From Takakia lepidozioides (Eukaryota; Plantae; Bryophyta): a stretch of 64,000 bases of DNA. Shown piece after piece: positions 12,562 through 26,155 of the stretch. A model generated the notes under the pieces. That model was not told where the DNA came from, made no database searches, and was given only the letters and a program-made list of their open reading frames with translations. Both the position numbers and the translations under genes were made by a program. Within the stretch, counting starts at the first letter, position 1, and the number at the start of each line of letters is the position of its first letter. Where the stretch lies: NCBI GenBank assembly GCA_030704615.1, contig CM060732.1:30690001-30754000 (forward strand), read 5' to 3'.

Positions 12562-12840
12562 TAAGACTCCCTAAATAACCTCATCAAAAAAGGTATCTTG
12601 GTACAATGGATGTTATTTATGCGTATCTATTTTTCCGAAATACTTTTCTTAAAAATATTAGACCGACTATAGTCGGTCATCCATAATGGGATGACCGTTT
12701 AGAGCCGGTCATCAGTGTGTGTGGTCGAAGCGTCATAAATATGTAGGATTCAAAATACACATATACGTCAAAAATTCATTATGACCCAACATTGTAGATA
12801 CACACACTTTAGGTTAGATATTAATGGCGTTTCATCTTGC
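12562..12840 (+). repeat. Dispersed ~280-bp repeat with internal hairpins, copy 1 (probable non-autonomous DNA transposon end)
   Basis: Homologous to 43523-43800 (TAAGACTCCCTAAA..CCTCATCAAAAAAGGT..CTTTAGGTTAGATATTAA). Contains GACCGACTATAGTCGGTC and CATCC-ATAATG-GGATG. Confidence 0.75.
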
Positions 12841-13310
12841 ATCATCCATGTTCAATGGCAATTGATAATGATACATGCTTGTTTTCATCCAACCTAAAAG
12901 CCATCATCCTTAAACATTAATCATCATGTTTAATGTGTAGAACATGTTTAAGCTTCTCATTGTTTGATAATTGGGACTTTGAATGCGGGCAGGTGTGGTT
13001 GTGGCGAGGCCCGCGGGTGACACATGAGGTCGCGCAGGGTGGGGCGACCCCTACCCGACAGGGTCAGTCTGCTCGGGTGAGCCGCCCCGGGGCGCGCGCA
13101 GGGGCAGCGAGAGGGGGAGCGAGTCTGTTGGGCTCACAAAACACCTCAAGATATGTAGATAAATAATTAATTATTTCAAGGTTTGGCAAAAAGCAGCGGC
13201 TAGTGTGATGGTAAAGAGCAACTTGTGACGAACGTGAGGTCAGCTGGCAGGTGGAGGGTCTGAAGGTTGGAGTTAGGCGCTCGCCAGTTGAAGTCCGCTC
13301 GTCAATCGTG

Positions 13311-13452
13311 AGTCTGCTGGTGAGTCCGCTCGCCAGTCTGCTGGTCAGTCCGCTCGCCAGTCTGCTGGTCAGTCCGCTCACCAATCGCCAGTCCGCTCGC
13401 CAGTCTGCTGGTCAGTCCGCTCGCCAATCCGCTGGTTAGTCCGCTCGCCAGT
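13311..13452 (+). repeat. Minisatellite of alternating 12-bp units AGTCCGCTCGCC / AGTCTGCTGGTC (24-bp period)
   Basis: About 11-12 tandem 12-mers read directly from the sequence. Confidence 0.9.
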
Positions 13453-13829
13453 TGGAGTCAGTCTATTGAGGGTTTGGCCAGTTCGCTAGAAGGTCCGCCG
13501 CCGTTAAAGAACTAGGACTTAGAAAAAATTCAGAATCTAGATCCGGTGAAAGGGGGGTGGGTTCATGAGCTCACCCCATGGGCCGTACTGGTGGGGCCCA
13601 TAGGTGCATTCAAGTCCCAATTATTAAAAAATGAGAGGCCATGTTTAATGCGTCCAAGACCAATTAAACAAAGCCCAAGCATACTAGGTAACTCTCACTA
13701 TACTACACTAACACATATGTAGACTAATATGAGAGTCTCTCATGTTAGTTCTAGAATGTTATGCTTAGTGGTATGGTAGTAACCATGGTGATTGCATGCT
13801 TTGATTCTCAGTTTATGGGTTGATAGGGT

Positions 13830-15870
13830 GGGGTGCAAGGTATTATGGCTGGCAAACGCAAGTTGTGCACAGCTTTAGAGCCACCATCAACTCCTGCAGA
13901 GTATGAAAAGAAAGTCTCTATATTTGCTTCCTGGGCTTTGGAAAGTATGGCGCTCTCCGCGTTGGGCTCTCGGCATGCTCTTGCCTTAGCTCTAGCTAAA
14001 ACCTTAGTCATGACTAACCCCCTAGGGCTCCGCCATCTTTTTCTTTTCTTAGTTTTAATTCTTAGCTTTTTCAGCAAGTTCGCCAAACTAACCCCAGCTA
14101 ACGTTTCGGCGGCGGTTGATGCCGCCGCCATCGCTCTCAAGCTGTGCTCGCTTCCCCTCTCCCCCCCCCCTTAGCTGTGCTCTCTCTCTCCCTCTGCTGT
14201 ACCTCCAATCTAAACCCCTTAGCAGTGTGTGCTCCCCCACTCTTAGTTTAGCCTTCAACAAGCAAATTTGGGACCAACGACCGCAACACCAAACTTCTTG
14301 CGCTCACCCCAAGCAATCTCTCAAGAAGCTTTGCAACCAGGCCCCCTAGCCTGACGACCCCTCAACTCACTCTCACGGGCTGCTCTACATTACATACAGC
14401 TACAACAAGCTCGCTCATCGCTTGGCCAACAAGATCCGCTCACCCCCCCCCCCCCCCTTACATTGCCAACTCGGACCAGGTTCATCAAAAATTCCGGAAA
14501 AATGTGCGTATCAAGGCTCTTGTGCTCTCAGGCCACAAGGTTCTTTTGCAAATTAGCAGGCCGCTCGCCAACCCAAGACTTACATTGGGTTTTCAACGAA
14601 GCCCGGCGAACCATTTTAGCTTTAATTGGTTCATTCATTTATTCAAACTGACTTCAACCGCGGCCTAGGCTGCTCCCACACACACTCAGGTCTCAAAAGA
14701 GCGTACGTTACAATGCAACATAGTCCCAGTCTACTACGAAGGCCCACCCACCACATACAAAGCAAGTAGCAGCCTGCTTCAAAGGCCCTCCCGAACTACC
14801 TCAGCAAAGACCAAGCATTAGAGCTTGTACTTAGGCAAACCGGCTACCACAAGAGCTGCACCGAAAGCCGTATGGGAAAATCACCCGCTCTAAGAGAGCC
14901 TGACCTCCTCCAAATTTTCCACCTCCCCAAATGGTCAGCTCGGGGCGTCCACAACCAGGCCCCGCTGGCCTGCAGAATATTTCCTTACTTCCCTTGTGAC
15001 CCAGGTTAAACAGATTTCAGACTCTGGCATAGGCTCTATCAACACGACCTTCCTCGGGACCACTACAAACAACAAACTGGACAGTAGCAACGCACAACCC
15101 TCACCTGCCCACGCACACCCTCCCCCCTGTATGAGCCACAGAAAAGGATCTATGGAGGTCGATGGCAAACAACTGCAGCCTACCCCACTAGCTCGAAGTA
15201 TCAGGACAACGACCCCCTCTCGCAGCCAGACAGGCGTGCCCACTGGTGGTCGAGCTTTCCATACCCCCACACTTTTCCTGGTAAGCCACACGTAGCCACT
15301 CTCACACTCACTTTTCTTCCATTCATGCCTCGATTCAATAGTACAGTCACCACCTCAAACTTTCTTATTACAAATACCAGGCCCGTTAATCAAATCCTGC
15401 CAGAATTCTTACATCACAGGACTCTCGCCCGGTACTACTATACCACCTTCGTTCCCGGCCAATCCCTGCGCTTACACTCACCTAAGTCATCTCTCTACAC
15501 CGGCCCCCACTGTAAAGGCCATAAGCTGGCATCCAACTCAACTAACCATGTACAAAAGAGCCCTGTAGCTCTCAACTGGTCTGGCTTGGATGTTTTTGCA
15601 AAGCTCCACCGCGTCCAAGATCTATAAGCCCCCAAGGGCTACCTCCACCATGCCAGTCAAAATGTTGGTCGCCCCCCTCAGCAATGCAATGGAACAGTAT
15701 GTGCCCAAGTGGGAGCTCATTCCCCACCAAGGCACCCCCAGTTCCTGGCCCACCTCAAGGTGAAGCTTCCTCCAATCTGCGCAACGGATGGACCTGTCAA
15801 AAAGTAACAACCAGCACACACTCCCCCTTGCCTCATCTCGCCAACCGACACTAGTCAAGGAAGCATCTTC
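13830..15870 (+). mobile_element. Highly degenerate C-rich retroelement-like remnant (possible LINE 5'/ORF1 region)
   Basis: C-rich strand with broken ORFs and local similarity to 19670-19900. No diagnostic catalytic motif seen. Confidence 0.25.
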
Positions 15871-15988
15871 ACTCCTTCTTTGTTTCGCTCACTATGCTTC
15901 CCCACTCAATCTGCAAACAATGATTTACATTCTTACTGCCTCGTAGCACAATACAACTGCTTCGACTTCCTCCATGATGGTTGCAGGA

Positions 15989-16687
15989 TAGGGTGTCTCA
16001 GTTTGGACGTCATCGGGCAGTTTTTCAGTGACTGTGCTTCATGTTATCTTTTTCTTTGTTCAACAATAGTTCATCTTTATTATAAAGGACATTGGTTCTT
16101 GTATACCACCTAAGAGACCTATATAATGTAACAATTTTTTCGCAAATTGGATGAACTATAAGAATGTTATGGACTTTTGAATCTCAAACATTTTTTTGAC
16201 ATTGGCACAGTTTTTTGTGCTATGGACTCTAATAAACATATCTAAGTGTAACCAATTGTGATAAGGACAAAAAGCCATGTGTAGAAATTGTGCAATTTTT
16301 CAAAAGGTGAAAACAGTTTGAAAATCTATCAAATTTTGACCAAACTATGGATTTTTTTATACACCAAAAAACAAGTGTTTTTCATTAGTCCATAACATAT
16401 TGTCTTTTGGGTTTTTGGGATATCATCTTTTACTAATAAATCTACAAACATATAATCTAGGATGGCTAGGTGGTATATGGACAAATGGTCATAGATTCTA
16501 AGATTTGACTCCTAAAAGTTTTTTCCACTAAAAGATTAAAATTTCTAATAAATAATATCTATAATATCTGGGGTTAGACCCTTTACTAAATATGTTAAGT
16601 ATAATATTGTCTATCTTTATGAAAAAATATGCTCCAAAAAAAAAAAACTTTCATGGACGTCACCATCTGCCGAAATTGAGACACCTA
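15989..16687. mobile_element. Putative AT-rich MITE
   Basis: TAGGGTGTCTCAGTTTGG at the left and CCGAAATTGAGACACCTA at the right are imperfect inverted repeats around an AT-rich core. Confidence 0.4.
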
Positions 16688-16949
16688 CTCATATAGCATT
16701 TTCAGAACCAAGACCGCCAACACCACAACCATGTTCACCCCTACCATTCTGCATATATTCTTATCATCTGCTTACAGATGATAGTATGCTAAACCTTGTA
16801 TTGCAAATGCAAGCTGCAGCTATCAACACCAATTTCTTGCCCAAATGCCCATCTACTGACGCACACACACTACAATATTTAAATCTACTAACCAAATCTG
16901 ATTCCAGGAAATGACATGCCAGACACTCAAACAATGACGTCCTACCCTA

Positions 16950-17140
16950 CAAGAGGCAGAATACATGGCAACACAAGAAGCTGTTTGGTTACACGGACTG
17001 CTTCAGGACTTCAGGGATTAGAAACAAAGTTGTTTAAAGGCGCATAGCAATCACGAATAGTTGAAAGAATCGAGGACAAATCACATAGATATAAAATTCC
17101 ATTCCATTAAGGAAAAAATGGAGAGCAAAGATATATATTA
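16950..17140 (+). mobile_element. Ty1/Copia RNase H fragment
   Basis: EAEYMA..QEAVWLHGLL and RTNHIDIKFHSIKEK are degenerate Copia RNase H motifs. Confidence 0.75.
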
Positions 17141-17146
17141 TCTTAC

Positions 17147-19645
17147 TGTCACGGACATAGCCCAGAACAACCTACTAGGAGTAAATACCAAAAGTTACCA
17201 AGTTATCATTTTACCGAAAGTTACCGTGATTTACTATAAGTTACCATGAATTACCAAGTTACCGGGAGGTTACCAAGTTATCGAGAGTAACTTGGGAGGG
17301 AAACTGCTCAGGAAGTTTCCTATCAAGATACCTCATTTGTTTAAGGAAACTTCTCCATCAAGAAACCTCAATTGGGAAAACTTCTTAGAGAACTTCTTAG
17401 TAACTAGCATATATAGAAAGCGAGACTGAACACTCTTCAGTCTCGCCAGCACAAGTTCAAGCTACTCTTGTTTCCAGTCCCAGTACTCCAGTTCAGCTTC
17501 CAGTACTCTAGCCCAGTTTCCAGTATCTGGCACTCTAGTCTAGTTTCTAGATGTAGTCGTAGGAACAATCGTACTTGTTGAACAAAATCGCAAAATCTTG
17601 ATCTTGTCCCATCAAATTTTTCGGGCATGCTGATCTTTGGTTCTCTCGTAATTTGTTGAAGATGAGCCGTTGTTGTAGGAGCTGTTGCAGTAAGGACTCG
17701 TATGGTTGAAGATCCATTGTTCGACTCCTTTAACTCTGAAATTTGTTGTTGCAAATTGTGGAGAGCGTTGTCAAGATCTTGAGACTAGTCAGCTTGTAAT
17801 TGGGCGGTAGAGATACGAAGTTCTTGCATCTGGAGTTGAAGACTCTGCAAAAGACAAATGCAATATCTATGCTCAAATATGCTGAAGAGAATGTCAACGC
17901 CTAACTGAATACAAACAAGAGATCAGACTAGAGGTACAAGACTAGACAATAAGTCAAGGTCGGCGTGACCAAGTGCATGATAGATAAACAAGAATCAAGA
18001 TGATATTTATAACAATGGACAAGAGTATAAGATACTGGAACTCGACTTGAGATGAAGGTATTCAAGTGGGATTTGTGGGCACCCTTCTATCAGGCACTGC
18101 CATATCTTTGTTTGCACCGCTATTAGAAAAAAATTCGCATTTACTATACAATTTTGAAACGTTCATGAGACTTGCAGAGACAAAGATGCGAAATCTTCGA
18201 CAAGGAGCACGTCGTGCTTCCGTTTATGCTACCGAATTTTGACAACTTGCGTGCCACCTCGACTGGAATGAGAAGAGCCTCATTAGTCAGTTTCGATGTG
18301 GGCTAAAAGAGGATGTAAAAGATTTGTTGCTGACAATATCAAACGTGAGTACACTGAGTGAATTCAACACCCAAGTCATTGCATGCGATAATCGTTTGTT
18401 CGAAAGACGTCAAGAGAAGCGGTCTGGATAGTCAACGACCCATCATGCTGTTGCTACTACGGCACCACACACAACGATCCATCAGTCATCCGGTAGTGAT
18501 CCTATGCAGATTGATGCTGTCCGATTCAAGCCATTGACGCCACAAGAAAAACAAAGACGGCGCTCGAATGGATTATGCATCTATTGCGGAGAAGAAGATC
18601 ACATAGCATTAAACTGCCCCAACAAGAGAAGATTAAAAGCTAGGGGTGCAACTCAAGTGTTCGATACGAGGAGGTCGAAAAACAAAGTTGTTCAGTCACG
18701 GTAGGAACCATGCGGCTGGATACCACAAATTCCTCATCAAAAAAAGGTCTTTTCCTATCTCCAAACCCTGCACCTTGCTTCACAGTTCCGGTAAAAATCA
18801 GAGTGCAAAATCGAGATATCTCTGTAGAAGCACTTTTGGACTCGGGGGCTTCAGCATGTTTTATTGACAAAAACTTTGCGAAACAACACAATTTAACGTT
18901 CATAAAGAAGAAACTTTCGGCCCCCTTTGAAGTCATCGATGGACGATCGTTAGCATCAGGAAATGTTGACCATGAAACTCGACCACTTGAAATGAAGCTT
19001 AAAGATCAAGCATCACATATTGTTTTCAACGTCACCCAGTCTCCAACAAATCCTGTGATCCTTGGACTTCCCTGGTTCGTACTTCACAATCCTGACATCG
19101 ACTGGCGATCGCGAAAAATTTCTGCAAGACAAAAATGTAGAAAAATGTATTCAACAAATGTTCCTTGGAGCTAAAGCTTTCATGAGAGCTACCAAAAAGG
19201 ATGCGGCATTTGCACTTTATCCGACTCTGATCAAGACCACAACAGACAAAGGTACTTCAACATTACCCACTTAATATCAAGATTTCAAAGATGTCTTCGA
19301 GAAGAAAATGACAGACATATTGTCAGAACATCAACCTTATGATTGTGCAATTGAGTTATAAGAAGGAGCCGAACCACCATTCGGCCCAATCTATAACTTA
19401 TCCCAGACGGAGTTGGCTGCATTACGTGAATACATTGATGAAAATTTGTCGAAGAACTTCATCCGACATTCAAAATCACCTGCGGGGGCGCCTATCTTGT
19501 TTGTGAAAAAGAATGAGGGATCATTACGCATATGTGTAGACTATCGCGGTCTTAACAAAGTCACAATTAATAATCGTTATCCGTTGCCGCTGATTTCTGG
19601 GCTTCTCGACCTGCTGGGACGAACGGAGATTTTCACCAAAATTAG
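17147..19645 (+). mobile_element. Truncated Ty3/Gypsy element, Tcn1-like chromovirus (LTR, gag, protease, RT start) with an internal inversion
   Basis: LTR start TGTCACG at 17147. Gag PEKFDG (inverted) and DPMQIDAVR..CIYCGEEDHIALNC; protease ALLDSGASACFID; [31 protein letters not shown]. Contains stops and frameshifts. Confidence 0.85.
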
Positions 19646-20813
19646 AGAAAAAGTAACAGCGGGCCGGCGGGAGGACGGAGCTCCGCTCTCCCGCTCAACT
19701 CTTAGCTAACTTTTCTGCTAAACTGTCTCTCTAGGGTTGTGCTATTTTATTTCCTCTTTCTCGTGTATTTTCTCACCATTTTTAGCGATGCCCCTTATGT
19801 AATACCCGCTAGCGTGTGTAGCTATGACCGCCGCCATAGCCCGACTCGATGCTTCCTTTGATGCAGCGCTAGATAGTTGTGTGCTCAACCCCTTCTCATT
19901 CCTTTACGCTGACCATCACCTCTCCTGGGCGCTTCTTTCAAGCCATTACTTTCAGGTTTTTAGGACGATTTGATTGTACCAGCTCTTTTTGGAAATTATC
20001 TTGAGCCATTGCTGCTTGCTTGCTCATATGCAACTTCACTCACGAACAAAGTACTATCAGGCTTCCCTACATCGTGGTGGCGAAGTACTAGGCCCGACGA
20101 CCTTGGTCTGCTTCGGTGATTTTGGTATTTTTCCAGTTTAATCCGAACAAAAATCTCTTCTGCTACAGCTCCCTAACTTTTGCGCTCCTGCATATGGCGT
20201 TCTTGATGAGTTTTTGGAGAGCAAGGATGTGGGCGTCTGGCATGACACAAAATTACATTGTTGTCTTTCTATGCATTGTTTTCTGGCTGACTTCCACACT
20301 TCGTGGTTGTCTTGTCAACTCCCTTGAGACAAAGTGTTTGCGGGCCTACACTGCTGATGGATGACACTCAGAAATGGACCCCAACATTCACAGTTGGAAG
20401 CTCTACCACCTGCCCCCTTTTTATCAGGCAAGGAGCTACGACGCGACAGATATACTCGCGCAAGCATACCATTCACATCGCTATGTGCTCACTATTTTGT
20501 GCCTGACACCCTTTTTTTACGAGTCAGTGAAGCTTCCTACGAAGCACTATGTGGCTTCTTGCACCAGACAGTATGAATGCACTCTCGTCAACACTGTGCC
20601 AGCGTTTGTATCTACCTACCACGATCTCAAGCACGAGGTACTTCTTTCTCAACCCCTGCTTCCACAGCAGAAGCGGCAGACCAAGCTGAATGGCCATGTC
20701 AAAGCTGGAGTTATCACAGATGTCCTGGAAACCTATGATCAAATGATGGTGGAAGGATTGAAGCCCAACCACATCGCATGTGTATGCATTTGCAATGCTT
20801 GTGCAAGCCTGAC

Positions 20814-21537
20814 TGTCGCGGCCCTTTGCCTTGAGGGCAGGGGGTCGGGACACATGAGGGGCTGCCCCTGTGGTGGGGGCAGCGGCGGCGATAGGTATGG
20901 GGGGCTGAAGCACCCTTGAGTGCCCAAGGCACTCAAGGAGGCGGAGGCGCTCACTAGGTGGAGCCCCGCACACCGGGTTGCGGTGGAGGTGGCTCCACAA
21001 GGGGTGGTGGTAGCTTAGTGGGACTTAGTGGGGGTGGCATAGGACTCACCATGGGGTGGAGACCTCGAGGTGGGAGTCGTGGGGAGTCTTGGGACTCATC
21101 ACGGTCCATTGGGGCCGCGGTGAGTGGGCCAAGACTCACCGCGACTCACCACCGGGAGTCGAGGGTTTTCGTGGTGGTTCGCCATAAAATGGCATGGCTG
21201 GTTATGAAACCCCCGCGGACAGCTACAGAAGTATATATAGGGAGTAGTAACCCCGAGAACGGTGCAAGCCCGTTGGTGACCAAAAACTAGTGAGTAAGCG
21301 AGCGAGCCGGAAAGCGACCAAAGAGTGGGGAGCTGTTCCGGACTGCCATCTACCAAAGGGAATTCTCCTAGTCCCAAATAGGTGGAGGGTTTAGAGGGAA
21401 GCGGAAGGGGACCGTTATGTCCCGGTGAGCAGCCGAAACTCCAAGTTGGCCCGGCGGCCAGGTTGGGAGTCAGGCGCGCGCATCAAAGCGAGTAACTATG
21501 ACTTGAAGGGGAGTTTACCGAATCGAGGTGTGCGACA
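20814..21537 (+). repeat. 5' LTR (724 bp)
   Basis: TGTCGCG...TGCGACA. By eye it differs from the 3' LTR only by one G in a G-run. Confidence 0.95.
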
Positions 21538-21539
21538 CT

Positions 21540-21551
21540 TGGTATCAGAGC
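21540..21551 (+). other. Primer binding site for initiator tRNA-Met
   Basis: TGGTATCAGAGC, two nt after the 5' LTR. Confidence 0.92.
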
Positions 21552-21592
21552 TTAGAGTTCAGTACGCGATCGTCCTTGGGATTGGCCTCATC

Positions 21593-24500
21593 ATGGGGTC
21601 GGGCAAGCCGAAGCGAAAGCGGAACGGCCCAAAAGATGATGACCCCGGTGAGCCCGATGGGGGCGACGTGTCACCGAGGCGGCCGTTTGAGGAAGCGATT
21701 AATGTTTCCGAAAACGAGGCCGCTCAGGAGCGGGAGGAATCCGAGGAGTCGGAGCCCGAGGAATCTTTGAGAGCTCCGACAAACCAAGAGATGCCTCCCA
21801 TGCCGGCAGCCTTTTGGGAAGGGTTGTTGGCGCAGTTTGGCGGGACGTTGAAAGACGTGTTGAAGGCGGCTAATGCCACTTCCACCAAGGCAAAGTTTAA
21901 GGTGAAGCCTAAGGAACCCGGCACCTTCGAGGGCGTTCGAAACCGGAAGGCACTCAACACCTGGCTCCTGGAGCTAGAGCAGTACTTCCGGGCGGCCAAG
22001 TTGAGTGACGAGGATCGGGTGGAAGTGGCTCCTACCTATTTGAGGGGCTATGCTCAACAATGGTGGCAGAAACGCCTTCACGACCGAGGCCCAAGCCCGG
22101 AAACCTTGAACTGGAGTGAGTTCAAGGAATTGATGAAGAGACAGTTTGTGCCCCTCAACGCATCCTGGCTTGCCCGGGACAAGATGAGGAATTTGAAGCA
22201 AACAGATGACATTCGGGGGTATGTCCAGGCTTTCAATGTGCTGTTGCTCGAAGTCGCGGACATGGCAGAACCAGAAATGGTCTTCAACTTTGTGGCGGGA
22301 CTGGCCCCATGGGCTAGGCGGAAGTTGGAGGAGAAGCCACCCAAGACTTTGAACGAGGCAATTGAGAGAGCTGAATGTTTCTCGGATGTCCCTAGGGGTG
22401 AGAGACAAGGCCGTACGGAGCTGAACCACAAGAAGACCCGGCAGGAAGGTGACTCCTCCCGACCGGAAAAGAAGTGGGATAGGCCACGCGGCGAAAATGG
22501 CACGTGGAAATCGAAGGGAGGTCCCTCACACGTCAAGGCGGCACCCGGTGCTTCGAAAGGAAAAGCGGGTGGAGCGACTTATGGCGGACAGAAGGCGACC
22601 TTTGATGGAGTGTGTTTCAATTGCGGGGAGCCCGGGCACATGGCCAAGAAGTGCACGAAGCCCCGGCAATTGAACATGACTCGGGCGACCACGGAGCTGT
22701 CGGAAGATACCATCAGTCGCTTGGTGGAAGCGGTGGTCGCCAGGACTTGCAAGGTAGGCAAATTTTCTTGTGAGTTGTATCAGGAAACTGGCGCCTTACG
22801 AAAAGGGAGTCAGTTATTGTTCGTGGATGGGATAATATCCGGAACTAATGTGTCGTTGTTGGTGGACACAGGAGCGTCGCACTCCTTCATGACGCCGGCG
22901 GCGGCGCGAAAGTTGGGACTCCCGACAAGTGACGTGGGGGCCTCTATTGAGGTGCGCTCTGCCAAAGGAGAACCTCAGTTGGCGACAAGGTTGGCGTTTG
23001 ATGTTCCTCTTCAACTGGGGAGTTGGGAGGGACGTGAGAACTTCACTATCTGCGAGATCGATGGAGTGGATCTCATTTTGGGAATGACCTTTTTGAGCAA
23101 ATCCGGAGCGGTCATAGATGGCCGCAAGAGAGTAGTCACGCTGCCATGTGGGAATGGTGGCGAGGTTTTACGAGTGTCGGAAACGCCCAAATCCGTGGGA
23201 GGGCGAATAAACCTTCTATCAGCAAAGGAGTGGGCCGTGGAGGAGACACACGAGTCCCAGTTTTTGCTTTACATTAGAGAAGTGAAAGGAGAAGGCGATG
23301 GGGAGCCGAGCCCAGATTGGATCAAGGGGATTTTGGAGAAATACCAGGATGTGATGCCGGAGGATTTACCAAGCGGCTTGCCACCGCGAAGAGGAGTTGA
23401 CCACAAAATTGAGGTGATACCGGGATCGGAACCGCCTGCCAAGGCGCCCTACCGGTTGAGCCACAAAGAGTTGGTCGAGCTGAAGACTCAGCTCAAAGAT
23501 CTAATGTCAAAGGGGTACATCCGGCCGAGTAAGTCACCTTACGGAGCCCCGGTGCTATTTGCAGACAAGAAGGATGGGACGCTGCGGATGTGTGTCGATT
23601 ACAGGGCTCTGAATAAGGTGACTATCAAAAACCGGTACCCTTTGCCAAGGATCGACGACCTCTTCGATCGGTTGGCAGGAGCGAAGTATTTCAGCCGGAT
23701 CGACTTGCGCTCCGGCTATCACCAAATTCGGGTGGCGGAAGGAGATGAGGAGAAGACCGCGTGCAGGACAAGGTATGGTTCATATGAGTTCTTGGTGATG
23801 CCTTTTGGGCTCACCAATGCACCAGCGACATTTAGCACGCTGATGAACAGCCTTTTCCAGGAGTGGTTGGATGACTTTGTGATCGTGTACATCGACGACA
23901 TCTTGGTGTACTCGAAAACAAAGGAGGAGCACCTGGAGCACCTCAAAAGGGTGTTCCAAAAATTGCGAGAAGGGAAGCTGTATGCCAAAGCTTCAAAGTG
24001 CGAATTCGGGGTCACAAAAGTGGAGTTCTTGGGGCACGTGATTACACAGGATGGGATCAAAATGGATGACAGAAAGGTGAGGGCGATCTTGGACTGGGAG
24101 CCTCCGACTTCGGTCCCGGGAGTGCGATCCTTCCTAGGACTCGCCTCCTATTACCGGAAGTATGTGAGAAATTTCGCCAAGATCGCGGGGCCGCTGTCGG
24201 ACCTTCTGTGTAAATCCAAAGTCTGGGTATGGAACACATTTTGTGGCCAAGCTTTTGCTGAATTGAAGCAGCGGATGACGGAAGCTCCAGTCTTAAAAAT
24301 CCCGGAGTTCGATCGTCCGTTTGAGATTCATACAGATGCATCGGACTTCGCAATTGGGGGTCTACTTATGCAAGATGGACGTCCAGTGGCTTACGAAAGT
24401 AAGAAACTGAATGAAGTGGAGCGACGGTGGCCGACGCACGAAAAAGAGATGAAGGCGGTGGTACATTGCCTTGAACTCTGGCGCCACTATGTTGGTTCCA

Positions 24501-26155
24501 ACCCAGTGAAGGTGTTCACGGACAATGTCACGGTGAAGTATTTTGCCACGCAGCCCAAGTTGTCCCCAAAACAACTTAGGTGGCAAGATACTTTGGCAGT
24601 GTTCGACGTGGATATCCAGTACAAACCGGGACGGGACAATGTGGTGGCCGATGCTTTAAGTAGAAAGCAGCAGCTCTTGTTGGTGTACAAGGGCGAGACG
24701 GCGCTCCAAAGGAAGATCCGGAAGGCTTGCCGGAAGGATGAGCTGGCAAAGTGCGTGATGCAGAACTTGAGAATGGGGGTTAAATCGCAGTTCCACTTGC
24801 AAAACGGACTGCTCCGGTATAAGCAAAAACGTCTCTATGTGCCAAAGGGAGGGATCAGGGATAGTCTCTTGAGAGAATGCCATGATAGCCCGCTTGCGGG
24901 CCACGGTGGAGCCAAGCGCACTGCGGCACTCTTGAAGAAAGAGTATTTCTGGCCCAAACTGAGGGAGGAGGCAGAGGAGTATGTAAAGACATGCACCACA
25001 TGCCAACAAAACCGGAGCGAGTATAAAAAGCAAGCGGGGCTGTTACAACCCTTGCCGATTCCAGAGGGGACTTGGGAAAGCGTCTCGATGGATTTCATGA
25101 CTGCTATGCCGCTGTCAAAAGGATTCGATGCAATCATGGTGGTGGTAGATAGGTTCAGTAAAATGGCCCATTTCATCCCCACCAAGGAGACGGCTACTGC
25201 GCAGGAGACAGGGCGACTTTACTTCGCCCACGTCTTAAAGCATCATGGAGTCCCGAAGGATATTGTCTCGGACCGCGACCCAAAGTTTACGAGTAAATTC
25301 TGGAGAGCACTTTGGAAGAAGATGGGGACGAGGCTGAAGATGAGCACCGCCTTCCGACCTACGACGGACGGCCAAACGGAAAGAGTGAATTCCGTAGTGA
25401 AGCAATTCTTGCGGAATTACGTGTCGGCAGACCAATCAGACTGGATGGAACACTTAGACGCGGCAGAGTTCTGTTATAATAACACAGAACACTCCGCGAC
25501 GGGAGTTTCCCCTTTTGTGTTGGTCTATGGAAAAGCACCTCTGGTGCCGACAAGTTGGGCCGCCCAGGACGTTGAGGAACCGGCAGTAGCGGCGGTACTG
25601 GAAGAACGCGAGCGTTTGTTGAAGCTCGCAAAGTACAACATTGCCAAAGCTAGGAAACGGTATGAAAGGCAGGCGAATCGGAAGCGGAGGGAAGTGAAGT
25701 TTGAGGCAGGCACAGAGGTCTGGTTGAACATCAAGAATTTTCGACTACCTCCGGAAATGAGTCCGAAGTTCGTACCTCCGTATGCGGGTCCCTTTCGCAT
25801 TCGGAGGGTTATGAATGAGGATGTGTATGAATTGGAGCTGCCAGCAAACAGCAAGGTGCACCCAGTATTCCATGTCTCCCTTTTGAAGCCTTACTTCAAA
25901 GATGAAGCACGTCCGAATCGGCAGCAAGTGTTGCGTCCGCCACCTATGCTGTTGGATCATGAAAATGAACCCGAGTACGAGGTGGAGGCAATACTTAAGT
26001 CGAGGAGGTTCAAGAACCGAGAAACGGAGTATCTCGTCAAATGGAAGGGCTATCATCTTGTGGAGGCATCTTGGGTGCGTGCCTCAGAAATGGGAAACGC
26101 ATCCGAGGCAGTTGCAGCGTTCGAAGGGCGACCTCAAAAGCGGAAGAAGCGTTGA
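21593..26155 (+). CDS. Gag-Pol polyprotein (Gag, CCHC, protease, RT, RNase H, integrase, chromodomain), ~1520 aa
   Basis: [39 protein letters not shown] zinc finger, DDE integrase, C-terminal [16 protein letters not shown] chromodomain. First ATG after the PBS is at 21593. Confidence 0.95.
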   Translation: MGSGKPKRKRNGPKDDDPGEPDGGDVSPRRPFEEAINVSENEAAQEREESEESEPEESLRAPTNQEMPPMPAAFWEGLLAQFGGTLKDVLKAANATSTKAKFKVKPKEPGTFEGVRNRKALNTWLLELEQYFRAAKLSDEDRVEVAPTYLRGYAQQWWQKRLHDRGPSPETLNWSEFKELMKRQFVPLNASWLARDKMRNLKQTDDIRGYVQAFNVLLLEVADMAEPEMVFNFVAGLAPWARRKLEEKPPKTLNEAIERAECFSDVPRGERQGRTELNHKKTRQEGDSSRPEKKWDRPRGENGTWKSKGGPSHVKAAPGASKGKAGGATYGGQKATFDGVCFNCGEPGHMAKKCTKPRQLNMTRATTELSEDTISRLVEAVVARTCKVGKFSCELYQETGALRKGSQLLFVDGIISGTNVSLLVDTGASHSFMTPAAARKLGLPTSDVGASIEVRSAKGEPQLATRLAFDVPLQLGSWEGRENFTICEIDGVDLILGMTFLSKSGAVIDGRKRVVTLPCGNGGEVLRVSETPKSVGGRINLLSAKEWAVEETHESQFLLYIREVKGEGDGEPSPDWIKGILEKYQDVMPEDLPSGLPPRRGVDHKIEVIPGSEPPAKAPYRLSHKELVELKTQLKDLMSKGYIRPSKSPYGAPVLFADKKDGTLRMCVDYRALNKVTIKNRYPLPRIDDLFDRLAGAKYFSRIDLRSGYHQIRVAEGDEEKTACRTRYGSYEFLVMPFGLTNAPATFSTLMNSLFQEWLDDFVIVYIDDILVYSKTKEEHLEHLKRVFQKLREGKLYAKASKCEFGVTKVEFLGHVITQDGIKMDDRKVRAILDWEPPTSVPGVRSFLGLASYYRKYVRNFAKIAGPLSDLLCKSKVWVWNTFCGQAFAELKQRMTEAPVLKIPEFDRPFEIHTDASDFAIGGLLMQDGRPVAYESKKLNEVERRWPTHEKEMKAVVHCLELWRHYVGSNPVKVFTDNVTVKYFATQPKLSPKQLRWQDTLAVFDVDIQYKPGRDNVVADALSRKQQLLLVYKGETALQRKIRKACRKDELAKCVMQNLRMGVKSQFHLQNGLLRYKQKRLYVPKGGIRDSLLRECHDSPLAGHGGAKRTAALLKKEYFWPKLREEAEEYVKTCTTCQQNRSEYKKQAGLLQPLPIPEGTWESVSMDFMTAMPLSKGFDAIMVVVDRFSKMAHFIPTKETATAQETGRLYFAHVLKHHGVPKDIVSDRDPKFTSKFWRALWKKMGTRLKMSTAFRPTTDGQTERVNSVVKQFLRNYVSADQSDWMEHLDAAEFCYNNTEHSATGVSPFVLVYGKAPLVPTSWAAQDVEEPAVAAVLEERERLLKLAKYNIAKARKRYERQANRKRREVKFEAGTEVWLNIKNFRLPPEMSPKFVPPYAGPFRIRRVMNEDVYELELPANSKVHPVFHVSLLKPYFKDEARPNRQQVLRPPPMLLDHENEPEYEVEAILKSRRFKNRETEYLVKWKGYHLVEASWVRASEMGNASEAVAAFEGRPQKRKKR

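Noticed and set aside
13311-13452. CRISPR-like array
   Set aside because: Units are contiguous with no unique spacers, the context is eukaryotic and there are no cas genes; it is a simple minisatellite.
21425-21592. N-terminal extension of gag-pol from the GTG at 21425
   Set aside because: It lies in the LTR/PBS; the first ATG after the PBS (21593) is the plausible start.
21724-26056. Numerous antisense ORFs within gag-pol
   Set aside because: These are shadow ORFs of a GC-rich coding strand with no independent domain signal.
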